A stretch of DNA of 64,000 bases from Octopus vulgaris (Eukaryota): the NCBI GenBank assembly GCA_951406725.2, contig OX597817.1, forward strand, positions 67,766,001 to 67,830,000, written 5' to 3'. A program made the translations under genes and the position numbers. The notes under the pieces were generated by a model that saw nothing but the letters and a program-made list of their open reading frames with translations, was not told where the DNA came from and did not search any database. Below, in pieces: positions 1 to 12,562 of the stretch. How positions within the stretch are numbered: the stretch's first letter is position 1; each line of letters starts with the position of its first letter.

Positions 1-402
1 TTTACTTGTTTCCGTCATTGGACTGTGGGTATGTTGGGACACTGCTTTGGAGGGTTTTAGTTGAATGAAACATCCTCATTATATAATTGTTTTCGTATTG
101 AAGTCTGATACTTGTTCTGTCGGTGTCTTCTACTGAAACACTGAGTTTCAGGGACATGAACAATCAACAATGGTTGTCAATTGGTCCCTTGGATAAACAC
201 AAACATGCCTGTGCGCACACACACACACACACACATATGACAGGCTTCCATACAGTTTCCATCTTCCAGATTCACTCATGAGACATTGGTCAGCCCAGGG
301 ATATAGTAGAAGACACTTGTCCAAAAGTACTGCACTGAGTCCAAACCCCAAACCACATGGTTGAGAAGTGAGCTTCTTAACCACTCAGCTAAACTTGTGC
401 CT
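1..402 (-). mobile_element. tRNA-derived SINE, family A (diverged copy)
   Basis: Reverse complement matches the family head (GGCTGTGTGGT...GGTTCAGTCCCAC) and tail (TGACTGAAACAAGTAAA) seen in more than 20 copies in the window. Confidence 0.85.
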
Positions 403-995
403 AAATATACACACACACATATACATAATCTGACATGCTGCCAATCAATTTCTACCTACCAAATTTTATTCTCAAGGCTTTGTTTGACACAAATCTATAA
501 TAGAAAATATTTGCTCCATGTGTTACACAACAGAGTTGACTCTAGAATCATGTACTTAACTCCCATATTAAAGTATTGAGCTAATTTTAGCTGTTTTCCC
601 TAATACTATCATGTATTTTCATCTGTCCCTTTCTTTCATTCTGTATACCTAACATTTTTTCATCGTTTATTATATTGACACAAACATTAATTGGTGCTAT
701 GCAGTTCAAAATGCTTCTTCCAGCATTCTGGAATCATTTTTATTAAAATGAATGAGGACCCATTCCCATTAATTCAAGAGGAAATTATCTCTTGCCATTA
801 TTTGAAATCAGCTATAAACAAACCAAAACTGTTTCACAAGACTGCCAAGACTGAATATATTATTAAAAACAGTTAATCTAAGTTTGCCAACACACATAAA
901 TATTGATTAATTTTGAAATAGAGGAGTCACTGTTTTACTACTACAATCCATTTTTTGCTTGCTGAATAAAGCTTTACTTCTATCCATGCTAGCCA

Positions 996-1155
996 TTTAG
1001 TTAGTTAGTTAGTTAATTTGGCTCAAAAGCAAATAGCAAGGCCATGTAGGGGGACATGGAGTTAAGTACAGGGTTGTGTTCATGTAAAGAGTTCAGGCCA
1101 CTTGAGGTCAAGGTCTGCTGAACAGCGCACATGGTTGAGTGATTAGCCCTGGCTG
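996..1155 (-). mobile_element. 3' end of an unidentified non-LTR element with (TAAC)n tail
   Basis: (TTAG)n followed by TTAATTTGGCTCAAAAGC...GCAAGGCCAT; a similar terminus recurs at 34358-34400. Confidence 0.5.
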
Positions 1156-1521
1156 TCGTTATCTCTATTTCTTCAACACCCATCCAATTTGACAATGTCC
1201 TTGCACTACTCAGAAAATTAATTTTTTCTCCAATTCTTCATTTTGATACATCGACTACTTTTCTCCTTTATGGATGCCAAACTTCTTTTCAAACTTGTGA
1301 CACAGAAGATAGAGCTTATTTCACTGGTAATTTTTTTATAGGGTTCCCCGTTGCTTTTCTTTCTTGTCAAGCTAGTCTGTTCTAAAGTGCAATTCCTATA
1401 TTAAACATTCAATAAATAAATTACTTATAGCCCAGAAACCCTATGTGATCTAATTCAACTGATCAGTGAGAGGAAATAATATTGCAATAAACTGAGATTA
1501 AAAGGATAAAGTTTAAAGACA

Positions 1522-1845
1522 CCTTTCAGTCATGAATGACCAGGGGATTGCACCTAGAAAGTTACCCTCCAAAGCACAAGTCCAGGCAAGGTTGTTTCTG
1601 GAAGACCAACAGGCATCCATGCATACCAGTCTCCCCCTCCCCACACCAACACCACTGATGTTATCCAAGGGAAAGGCAAAGGCCAATACAGCTTAGCACC
1701 AGTGACGTCACAACTCATTCCTACCGCTGAGTGAACTGGAGCAACGTGAAATAAAGTGTCTTGCTCAAGAAGACAACACACAGCCTGGTCTGGAATTGAA
1801 CTCACTACCTCATGATTGTGAGCCTGACACTCTAACCACTGTGGT
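1522..1845 (-). mobile_element. tRNA-derived SINE, family B
   Basis: Minus strand has A/B-box-like CAGTGGTTAGAGTG...GAGTTCAATTCC head followed by GTTGTCTTCTTGAGCAAGACACTT body. Confidence 0.75.
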
Positions 1846-2373
1846 TACCCCAATAATATGTATTTATCAGTATGGATTTGTCATCCTGGCTTGTCTGTTC
1901 TATGCATGACTTGTGCCCCTCAACATAACATTTGTCTTACCTTTAGAATATCTTTACTTAACAATTGACAACTATTTTGCTTATCATAATACAATTCACA
2001 TTAATCAAATTAAACTGTAGAAGCCTAAACATTTATGTGTATGTGTATATATACATACATGCACACACACACTCCATATTAATGCTAAATGTATCAGTGA
2101 ATGACAGAGGCTTCAAAGATCAAGTTTGCTTAATCTGGTGCCCAGATAACTGTTTTACTGACTTATTTTTCCATTCTCTCCTCTCTAGGGCAAAGTAAAA
2201 ACATTCTCATTCATTTATTTCATGTAATTAAACAAGACAGAGGGTCTTGTAGGTAATAATAAAATGGGGCAAAATTTATTCCTGTGAATACTTTGAAGCC
2301 ACAACAAAAGTATTCATTTTTAACTGCATTATTTGTAAACAGCTTAAGAAAATAAGATATTTCATGTCCTTAA

Positions 2374-2594
2374 CCCTTTCATTACTGTATTTATTTTGAG
2401 ATGCTCTGCATTTCTTTCAATTATTTTAAATATAACAAAGAATTTAGTAAAATAACTTAGCTATCATTAAGCAAGTGTTAGGAACATAAATTGTGACTAA
2501 GGTTTGGTGGAAGATTTTAATTCCGGACTTTTGAAAACAAGACATTTGTATTACAAGGCCAGAGGCAGTTTCAGCCAGGTTGGTATCAAAAGGG
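2374..2594. mobile_element. piggyBac-type MITE
   Basis: TTAA|CCCTTT...AAAGGG|TTAA: short TIR with TTAA target duplication. Confidence 0.75.
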
Positions 2595-2932
2595 TTAAGT
2601 CCTGTTGTTTCAAATATTTCATTAGAGCCCTTTTAAAATCTGTTGCCAAACTACATTAGTAACATAATTATTCCTTATTGAAAAGTATCTTTATCATTTA
2701 AATTCTTACAAAGGATATTCTTTCCTGTTCATCACAACAGAATCCTGATCTTTTATTCAGCAATTCCAGGTTTAATTATTTACAATGCTTCTTCTCACTG
2801 ATATAATGATTCGTCTCCTTTGTTGTATGTTACATGCCTTCCTTTCTGAGTGTGTTAGCTGCCTGGCAAAAAGTTTTTTTTTTTTTGTAGCTCAAAATTA
2901 ATTTGAAGTTCTTTTAGAAGCTATATATTTAA

Positions 2933-3526
2933 CCTTTTTGGTACCATATTTCTAATGAAATACAATGTCTCCATTTTAATCAATTTTCAAAATAGTGAAG
3001 AATTTAGTAAGATTACTTACTCTTTTACTTGTTTCAGTCATTTGACTGCAGCCATACTGGAGCACCATCTTTAGTCGAGCTAATCAACCCCAGGACTTAC
3101 TCTTTGTAAGCCTAGTACTTATTCTATTGATCTCTTTTGCCAAACCACTAAGTTATGGGGACATAAACACACCAGCATCGGTTGTCAAGTGAAGTTGTGG
3201 GGGACAATCACAGACACACAAACAAATATATATACATATATATGATGGGCTTCTTTTCAGTTTCCGTCTACCAAATCCACTCACAAAGCTTTGGTTGGCC
3301 CAGAGCTATAGTAGCAGACACTTGCCCAAGGTGCCACGCAGTGGGACTGAACCCAGAACCATGTGGTTTGTAAGCTAGCTACTTACCACACAGCCACTCC
3401 TGTATCTTAATTTATAGTTTGGAACAAAAACTAAAATGAAATTTTGAAAAAAGTTTGATCACTTGAAAACATAAAATTTGTATCATAGAATCAGAAGCAG
3501 TCTCGAGCAAGTTGTTATGAAAAAGG
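2933..3526. mobile_element. piggyBac-type MITE (same family as 2374-2594) interrupted by a SINE
   Basis: TTAA|CCTTTTT...AAAAAGG|TTAA; shares internal AAGAATTTAGTAA with the 2374 copy. Confidence 0.7.
3017..3402 (-). mobile_element. SINE family A, full length, nested in MITE
   Basis: Near-consensus head and tail in reverse orientation. Confidence 0.9.
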
Positions 3527-5129
3527 TTAAGTACGGGGCTGATTGATTTAACTTTGATGCTATAACATTTACAAAATAAATCTATTGGTTTTAGCCTACA
3601 CAGTATATGTATGTTAATTAAACTTGATTAAAAAAACACTGGACTGTCTGTTTAATTTATGCAATCTCACTGCTGGCAGAAAAAGAGTGATCAGTCTCAG
3701 CAACTGACTATTTTTCTTTCTCTAACTGTCCATGGCAATACTTTATTTCTAGTTCTCATTATTATGAATGTTATTAAATCATATACACCAATTAGCAGTA
3801 AATTCTCATTTTAGATTATAGTAAATCTTATCTCCAGATCCACATCCTAACCTTTGTCCAGTGTTGATTTGATTAATGGCCAGTTTATCATGCTAGCATA
3901 AGTTGGATGGGGACATATTTTAGGCAGAATTTTATAGATGGGTGATTTTCCTGTCACTCAACCTTTACCTTTTGCTTTAAAGGAATTTTTTATTCCAAAG
4001 GCCTTTGAAAGTGCAGAGCAGCTGGTCGTAATGTCAACAAGGACTACAAACACCATCACTATTTCATTCGAGCAGTGACAAGCCATGAAACATTGGTTTC
4101 AAATTTTGGCAAAAGGCCAGCAATTTTGGGAGTGTGGGTAAGTCAGTTCCAACAATCCCAGTGTCCAACTGGTAATTATTTTATCTACCCTGAAAGAATG
4201 AAAGTCAAAGTCAACTTTGATAAAATTTGAACTCAGAACATAAAGACAGCTGAAATGCTGCTAAGCATTTTGTCCAGTGTTCTAACCATTCTGCCAGCTT
4301 GCTGCCTTCACAAGCCATGAAATATCAAATGTTCATGCATATTCCCACATATACACACATATATATACATACACTTATACACACATATATATACATGCAC
4401 AATGTTCTTCCTATAGTTTCCTACTACCAAATTCATTCACAAGGCCTTGGTTGGTTGAACCAGGGCTATAGTAGAAGAGACCCCCTCCCCACCAGGATAT
4501 TGTACCATGAAACTGAACATGTAGCTGGAGCCACATGGATGCAAAACCAACTTTTTAACCACATGGCAGCGACATTTAGATGTTGCCTGAACCTATTTTC
4601 TCCAACATGTGAAACAATATTCTCTGTGATGAACAGAGATGAAGATATATGAGACAGTGAACTTGGTATATCCTTATTCTTTTACTAGTTTCACTCATTA
4701 GACTGTAGCCATGCTGGAGTACCACCTTCAAGGGTTCTAGTTGATCACATCAACCCCAGTACTCCAGTTTGTGTGCTTATTTTATGAAATCATGTACGGA
4801 TACAAAACAGTTTGACACACCAGTAGTTTACACCAGTACTCATAACCATCATAAATGTAAGTGTGTGTGTATGATGTTTTTTTTTCTCTACCAAATTCCA
4901 CCAAAGCTACATAGAAACATTTGGCCCAGGTACAATTCGATGTGATTGAAACAGCAGCTACTTGGCTGTGAAGCAAACTTTTTCATCACATGTTTATGCC
5001 TACGCTTTGATATATATATCTAATGTAAATATATATATATAAACATACATACTTATGTATATACATATATGTACACACACAAACGAAGATATATATATAT
5101 GTATACATATATATATATGTATATATACA

Positions 5130-5174
<45 letters not shown>

Positions 5175-5191
5175 TCGTTTTTGCTCCAGAC

Positions 5192-5231
<40 letters not shown>

Positions 5232-5729
5232 TGTATAAGAATCCATAAGTCAGAAAAACAGCACTTGACTATTTATCAGTGTAGTAGGTACTTTGAATAT
5301 TTGTACTACACAGTATTATAGATCCATTGCAGCCAATTTTACCAGTTGGTTTCACACACTGTACTAATATAGTATAAATATTAATGTGTGTATGTATAGT
5401 TATATTTATACATAGAATGGGTTGTGACTAAGAGCTTAATTGAAACTATTTACTTTTTTAAATCCTGGATTGTTCAATATTCAATTATTCTGATGAAATA
5501 AGCATTTGCGTGATTACTTCATTGTTTCTCTTTCTTGTTCTCCATTGCCTCCTCCACCTTTACACGGATACACACAGAGACAGACAGACACTCATACACA
5601 CGTATGTGTGTTTGTGTGTAACTATGTGTATATACATATATATATAAAATTATATACATGTATGTATATAAATGTATAATGTATATCTATATATGTGTGC
5701 ATATATACATTAACATATATATATATATT

Positions 5730-5926
5730 ACAGAGATGTACTTGCATAGCAAGTAACTTGATCTGAGATCGTGTGCTGGAACGAAAACAATTGCAGCATG
5801 GAAGGTGTTTATAAGCCATTTAAGAAACACACAAAACTGTTAGATTCACTTCAACATTTAAATTTAATTTGTCAAAATATTTTCGTCGCTTTGAGACTGC
5901 GACCTGTTCACTGACAAAGCTTCGTG
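5730..5926 (-). mobile_element. short non-coding element inserted in (TA)n, carrying an HHR-like fold
   Basis: About 200 bp of complex sequence flanked on both sides by (TA)n. Confidence 0.6.
5868..5918 (-). ncRNA. minimal type I hammerhead ribozyme, G3-C8 core variant
   Basis: Minus strand: UUUGUCA-GUGAACA-G-GUCGC(9 nt)GCGAC-GAA-A(AUAU)U-U-UGACAAA. 7-bp stem I, 5-bp stem II, palindromic stem III. Confidence 0.65.
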
Positions 5927-6257
5927 TTATATATATATATATATATATATTTAAATATCTTGCCTCCATTCAAATTATAAATTGGAACTTATCTCAATTT
6001 GAGCACTTCGATTCTAGCCTGTTTCTGAGTATTGTTAAAGTTAACAACCTCTATATAAAATTGTATAATAATATATTTAAATATGTACATATTCAAGAAT
6101 TATATATAACACATAAACAGAGCTTTAAAGATTGGTTTAAGATACATGGTATATTTTATAAATATGCCTGCTCAAGTATCATAATAGCATGAAACTATTA
6201 GTAGCTCTTTCAGTTGTGTACTTAATTTGATAAATATGTACATAGACATATGCGTAA

Positions 6258-6288
<31 letters not shown>

Positions 6289-6404
6289 CTTATATGTATA
6301 TATATATATGATGATGATATATATATATGTATGTAATGTATGTGTATGTGTGTGTGTATATATACATGTATATATATGTATATGTACATATATATATATG
6401 TATA

Positions 6405-6489
<85 letters not shown>

Positions 6490-7173
6490 TGTTTGTATGT
6501 ATATGTATATGTATATATAGATTTCTCAGAGATTTCTTGTTTAGATTTTTTTAGAAATACAAAAGCTACAAAACAACAATTTTTGTATGACGCAGATGCA
6601 TAGTAGTGTGACTTACATATGTTTCTGCGTTAGTCTGGTATATATGTGAGTTTGTCTCTACCAACTCTAATTTTAATTTCTTTTTTTTCTTCCTTTTTTC
6701 CCTCCACACCTACAGCCCCCTCATTTTTTTTTGTTTATTTTAAACATCTATACATGTGTGTGTGTGTGTGTGTGTGTGTCTGTCAAGAGTGGCTGTTTGG
6801 TGAGAAGTTTGCTTCCCAACCACTTGGTTCCGGTTTCAGTCCCACTGCATGGCACCTTGGGCAAGTGTCTTCTACTATAACTTCAGGTTGACCAAAGCCT
6901 TGTGAGTGGATTTTGCTGACGGAAACTGAAAGAAGCCCATCGTATATGTGTGTGCGTGTGTGTGTATGTGTAGTGGTTCAGAAAAAAGACCAATAGAATA
7001 ATTATTAGGTTTACAAAGAATAAGTCCTGGTGGTGCTCCAGCATGACCATATTAAAAGAATACATATATACATGTATGTATGTATATATATACATTCAAA
7101 ATGTGACCTCGTGTGTACTGTTGGCGATTTTTTTTCCTCTGTCTTCCCTTCTCTGGATCTTTCCTTCTCCTAT

Positions 7174-7208
7174 GTTTCCAACGAAGAGCTCCGCTTGAAA
7201 CGTTAAAC
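7174..7208 (+). ncRNA. degenerate minimal hammerhead in a (TA)n-embedded element (about 7096-7300)
   Basis: GUUU-CCAACGA-A-GAGC(UCC)GCUU-GAAACGUU-AAAC; two core substitutions relative to CUGACGA. Confidence 0.55.
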
Positions 7209-7740
7209 CCTCCTTCTTTCCTGAGCGTCCAATAATACAATATTTGTTCCACGTCCTCGCATTGTAGTGTTTTTTTGTGCTTTCTTGTTTGGATTAACTA
7301 TGTATATATATACATATATATATGTATGTGTGTATATAGATAACTCTCTCCTTTCACTGAGTGTCAAACCAATACATTGCTTGTGCACGTTAATTTTTTT
7401 ATTCGTTTTTTAATCATTCATTTGAATTGACTAAATGTATATATATATACATATATATCTGTGTGTGTGTGTGTGTACGCGCGCACGTACATACATACAA
7501 AACCAGAAATAAAAGACCTGACATAATGGTTAACATTTGGTGCTTTTGGCTTTTGACAATCCCCCACCTAAATTCCATTGCCCAACAGATTGTTTTTCTC
7601 CACCCTTCCTGACTATACCTACCCACATCCACCCATTTCTACCCACAAACCCACCTACCCCATACACAGTGCTTATTTTGGTCTTCATTGTTGGGTTAAT
7701 GAGGTATTTTTATATATCATATTATATATATATGTATGTA

Positions 7741-7779
<39 letters not shown>

Positions 7780-8218
7780 GTGTGTCCTGTACTCACGTAT
7801 AATTATTTATATATGCATGTATATATACATGTAGATGTAGGTACGTACATATATGTTTGTATGTATGCATATATTTTTATTTATCACATATATATATATA
7901 TATATATATATATGCATATATATTTATATATGTTTATATATATCTGTGTGTGTGTGTATGTGGGTATTTTTATCTCAAATCATTGCTTTTCTTTACCTTT
8001 CTTGGAATCAAAACTTGGTGCTTTTCACTGATCTTGTACTCATTTTCTAATACAAACTTTATTTGCTTCACCTCATACACACACATATATATATACATAT
8101 GTACATACATATATATGCATATATATATATATATATACATACATATGTACATATATGTATTCATATGTACATATATGTATTCATACATATATGTATTTAT
8201 ACATATATGTATTTATAC

Positions 8219-8270
<52 letters not shown>

Positions 8271-8616
8271 ATATGTATTGTATATATCTTATATATATGT
8301 ATGTACATAATGTATATGTACATATATATAATGACAATGTGTGTATATTTTTACAAGAAATACATACCGAATGCTATAATGAATTTTTTTTGTTAATCAT
8401 ATCATCTGTGACCTAAAAATTGATATTTGGTAAATAACATGTAACCTATTGTGTCATAACACAAATACTTATCATCAAAAGACAAGAAAATAATACATTC
8501 AAAATTTCTGTCAAACTCAGCGAAATATTTTTTCCTTTCTCATTTGCATTAAAATTTACAGAAAATTTTCTTAATCATGAGCTTTTTCTTCATTTCATAT
8601 AAATAAATATATATGA

Positions 8617-8808
8617 CATGCCAGTGGCACATTAAAAACACCCCGTACACCCTCGAATGTGGTTGACATTAGGAAGGGAATCCAGCTGTAGAAAACATGC
8701 CAAATCAGCCTGGAACCTGCTGCAGCTCTCCGGCTTACCAATTCTCAGTCAAACCATCCATCACATGTCAGTGTGGAAAGCAGACATTAAAGGATGATGG
8801 TGATGATA
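8617..8808 (+). mobile_element. SINE 3' portion with Meta-domain-like motif
   Basis: GGTTGACATTAGGAAGGGAATCCAGCTGTAGAAA motif and (GAT)n tail. Confidence 0.6.
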
Positions 8809-8992
8809 TCCTTTTGTCGTCTGGATTTTCACTTTCTTTGTTATTTCTAGAATAAAGGAAGTTTTTATTTCTCTGTGAAATGAAGTTTGCTTCCCAACCA
8901 TATGGTTTTGAGTTCAGTCCCACTGCATAGCACCATAGATAAGTGTCAAACTGAAAGATGCCATTCACATATATATTACACCCTTCAATATT

Positions 8993-9085
8993 GGCTAACT
9001 CTGATGAGTGTAAAGTTATATAACCAGTCTGTTACCTAACACTCCATTGTACTCTTTACCCGAAACCAGTTGGTAAGATCAGCTG
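8993..9085 (+). ncRNA. type I hammerhead ribozyme
   Basis: CUGAUGA at 9001; stem II GuGUAAAG/CUUUACcC; GAA-ACCA(GU)UGGU-A; imperfect stem I GGCUAACU/AGAUCAGCU. Confidence 0.7.
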
Positions 9086-9238
9086 TGATGGATATTTAAT
9101 ACTATACATTTCAGTTAATCTATATATGCGTGTGTGTATATATACTTGGAAATGGATGCATGTAGCGTTCAATCAAATAATAATATAAATAATGTATATA
9201 CATATATATACACATACATATACATATGTACATATGTG

Positions 9239-9276
<38 letters not shown>

Positions 9277-9289
9277 CACATGCATATAT

Positions 9290-9550
9290 GGGTATAGGGC
9301 GTCATCAACAGTAAACAAAATTTAATGCGAAAACAAATGGGTTCAATACGCAAACAACGAGAGATACAAATGGAAAACAGGACAAGTAACATAAAGAACG
9401 ACCCTTCATCAGTTGTTGAATGTCTATTTGCTCCTCATTTCGAGCATTGAACGACAATATGAGTCATGGAAAACAGTTGCTCCTATAAGTACCAAAATAA
9501 AATTTGGGATTTATGGAGGGTCAAAGTTAGGATCAAAAACCGAACAGTGG
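9290..9550 (-). mobile_element. microsatellite-associated repeat carrying a permuted hammerhead-like motif (copy 1)
   Basis: Homologous to 38556-38716 and 60930-61040 (AAACAAATGGAAAAC...TAACATAAAGAACGA...TTCATCAGTTGT). Confidence 0.75.
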
Positions 9551-9766
9551 AGACGATTTTGTTCCAATAGAATAAGTACCAGATTAAAAACAAGTACTGG
9601 GATTGATTTATTCAACGAATCCCTTCAAAGATGTGCCACCACCATGGTCGCACTCCAATGACTGAAACAAGATAAACGATATAATGTTGTTATAGAGCTT
9701 AGGATTCTGCATACACGTTTCCTCAGGCAAAGCTGCAGGCTAATATTTTCAAATATAGTGTATAGT

Positions 9767-10173
9767 AGGCGCAGGAGTGGCTGTGTGGTAAGTAGCTTGC
9801 TTACCAACCACATGGTTCCAGGTTCAGTCCCACTTTGTGGCACCTTGGGCAAGTGTCTTCTACTATAGCCTTGGGCCAACCAAAGCCTTGTGAGTGGATT
9901 TGGTAGACGGAAAACTGAAAGAAGCCTGTCATATATATGTATATATATATTTGTGCGTGTATGTTTGTGTGTCTGTATTTGTCCCCCCAACATCGCTTGA
10001 CAACCGATGCTGGTGTGTTTATGTCCCTGTCACTTAGCGGTTCGGCATAAGAGACCGATAGAATAAGTACTGGGCTTACAAAGAATAAGTCCCGGGGTCG
10101 AGTTGCTCGACTAAAGGCGGTGCTCCAGCATGGCCGCAGTCAAATGACTGAAACAAGTAAAAGAATAAAAGAG
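9767..10173 (+). mobile_element. SINE family A, full length
   Basis: AGGCGCAGGAGTGGCTGTGTGG head, internal TA/TG microsatellite, TGACTGAAACAAGTAAAAGA tail. Confidence 0.92.
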
Positions 10174-10866
10174 TATATAATAACTGAATTAGAGTGTTTG
10201 ACATATTTAATGCAAGGAACATTTAAATTCAAACTGAAAATAACTTTGCGGTGAGGAAAAGGCAATATTGGTTATTGACCGATATTTTCGTTTTAACGTC
10301 TACTTTTCTGTGCTTTCATGTGTCAGACGAAATCTTTTGAGGCGAATTTACAATGACGGTGCTCTTCATGTTGCCAACCTCCACTTCTCAGGCAAGGTAA
10401 TCTTTCCCAGTCTTGCAAAAACAATGACACTGCTTTGATTCACGGTGCATGTTTTTTTTTTTTTAATTAAAGTTGTTTACAATAACAAATATACATACAT
10501 ACTTATGAACACGACCATATCAGCAATACTGACCAACATTTTCGTTTTAACGTCTACTTTTCCAATGGTTGAATGGATCAGAGAAAATTCGTTGGGGCAG
10601 CCTTTACCATTCAACCTAGGTAATATTTCTCCTAGTCTTGCAAACGAACGAGCATGCTTTGATTTACGATGGCATTTGTTTACAATTAATGTTGTTTACA
10701 ATTATGCTTACGCACACGACCTCATCAGCAAAGCACGGACTAACGACTCTTGCTTTTTGAAAGAGTTAGCTATTAAGTAAATATACAACTGTTTGCGTTG
10801 TTTGGCAGACAAAAACGGAATTATTTCCAAATTCAAAAATGGCATCCATACGGAAAACAACAATTA

Positions 10867-11285
10867 GGCGCAGGAGTGGCTGTGTGGTAAGTAGCTTGCT
10901 AACCAACTACATAGTTCCGGGTTCAGTCCCACTGCGTGGCATCTTGGGCAAGTGTCTTCTGCTATAGCCCTGGGCCGACCAATGCCTTGTGAGTGGATTT
11001 GGTAGACGGAAACTGAAAGAAGCCTGTCGTATATATATATATATATATATATAAGTGTGTGTGTATATGTTTGTGTGTCTGTGTTTGTCCCCCAGCATTG
11101 CTTGACAACCGATGCTGGTGTGTTTACGTCCCCGTCACTTAGCGGTTCGGCAAAAGAGACCGATAGAATAAGTACTGGGCTTACAAAGAATAAGTCCCGG
11201 GGTCGATTTGCTCGACTAAAGGTGGTGCTCCAGCATGGCCGCAGTCAAATGACTGAAACAAGTAAAAGAGTAAAGAGTAAAAGAG
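10867..11285 (+). mobile_element. SINE family A, full length
   Basis: High identity to the 9767 copy. Confidence 0.92.
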
Positions 11286-11433
11286 AATTACGTTAGTTTT
11301 AGCCTATTTAATGCAGGGAGCATTGACAATCTGTTACATTACTATTATTAATATACATTATTAATATACAATATTAATATACAATCATATAGATACCAAG
11401 TGTAATGTATTTTAAAATGTGTATCCAGTGGAA

Positions 11434-11771
11434 AGGCGCAGGAGTGGCTGTATGGTAAGTAGCTTGCGTGGCACCTTGGGCAAGTGTCTTCTACTATAGC
11501 CTCGGGCCGACTTAAGCCTGTGAGTGGATTTGATAGACGGAAACTGAAAGAAGCCCGTCGTATATATGTATATACATATGTTTGTCTGTGTTTGTACCCC
11601 CCCCCCCACATCGCTTGACAACCGATGCTGGTGTGTTTACGTCCCCGTAACTTAGTGGTTCGGCAAAAGTACTAGGCCCACAAAGAATAAGTCCTGGGAT
11701 CGATTTGCTCGACTAAAGGCGGTGCTCCAGCATAGCCGCAGTCAAATGACTGAAACAAGTAAAAGAGAGAG
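11434..11771 (+). mobile_element. SINE family A with internal deletions
   Basis: Head and tail present; the B-box region is deleted. Confidence 0.88.
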
Positions 11772-12222
11772 TAACAACTGATGAATTTTGTCTCAACACA
11801 GATGCCCCTCTCCCAGGCCAACCCTATTGGAACAAGCCTGTAATTAGAGGCAATTCTGTCGTGTCAGTCCTATTTTTTGTTTCGTGGTATGTAGGACTAA
11901 ATTATCTGATAATTTCTTTATTTAAGATAAAGTGAGATTTGAAGGAAAGTTGTCTGCTATTTCTAGTAGGTTCACCGGTCTCATAACTCTTCAGGCTATA
12001 TATATATATATATGCGGAAAAAGTGAATTTCTTTGTGCAAGTTATACAAAACTCATCAATTATGTTCTTCAGCTTTCAGCCGCCACTGAACTGTACTGAC
12101 TCCCTTTACATCTATCTGAGCTTGACCCAGGACACAGGTTATGAACCACAAAGGTATTTGACTCAAAGTCTAAGCACTCTATCAGATTAACTATCTGCAG
12201 TTTCAAATAATACCATTCTTAA

Positions 12223-12474
12223 CTCTTTTACTGCGAAAATAAGATATACCCTCTCAAAATTTCATTACTCTTAACTGCCAAAAGCAGTTTTATATACCAG
12301 TCTAGTCTTTTGTTGAGGAATGTTGTATTTTAATCTTTTTTTTTTTTTTTTTTTTTGAGGTATGTGAAGTTTATTGAAACAACGTAACTTGCAGAAAATA
12401 CCAATTCTATTTTTTGATAGATATTTAATATCATTACTAAAATAACCATGAAATTTAATTTCGCAGTGAAGGAG
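12223..12474. mobile_element. piggyBac-type MITE
   Basis: TTAA|CTCTTTTACTGCGAAA ... TTTCGCAGTGAAGGAG|TTAA (14/16 TIR match). Confidence 0.75.
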
Positions 12475-12562
12475 TTAAAAAAAATCAACAACTTTTAAAA
12501 CAGGATTCCTGTCCATTACGTAAGATTTCATCGATTCTTTCCGAATCTCATATAGCTTATTC

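Noticed and set aside
4986-8416. Many YI/CV/HT-rich ORFs (also near 20144, 30772, 51709, 56917, 59533)
   Set aside because: Translations of (TA)n, (TG)n and (TATG)n microsatellites.
9625-11621. Recurrent ORFs with RLPNPLTR..GYSRRHLPK
   Set aside because: Antisense translation of SINE family A, not a gene family.
11778-11790. Isolated CTGATGA motifs (also 5490, 29380, 55804, 58872)
   Set aside because: No matching stems or GAAA strand.
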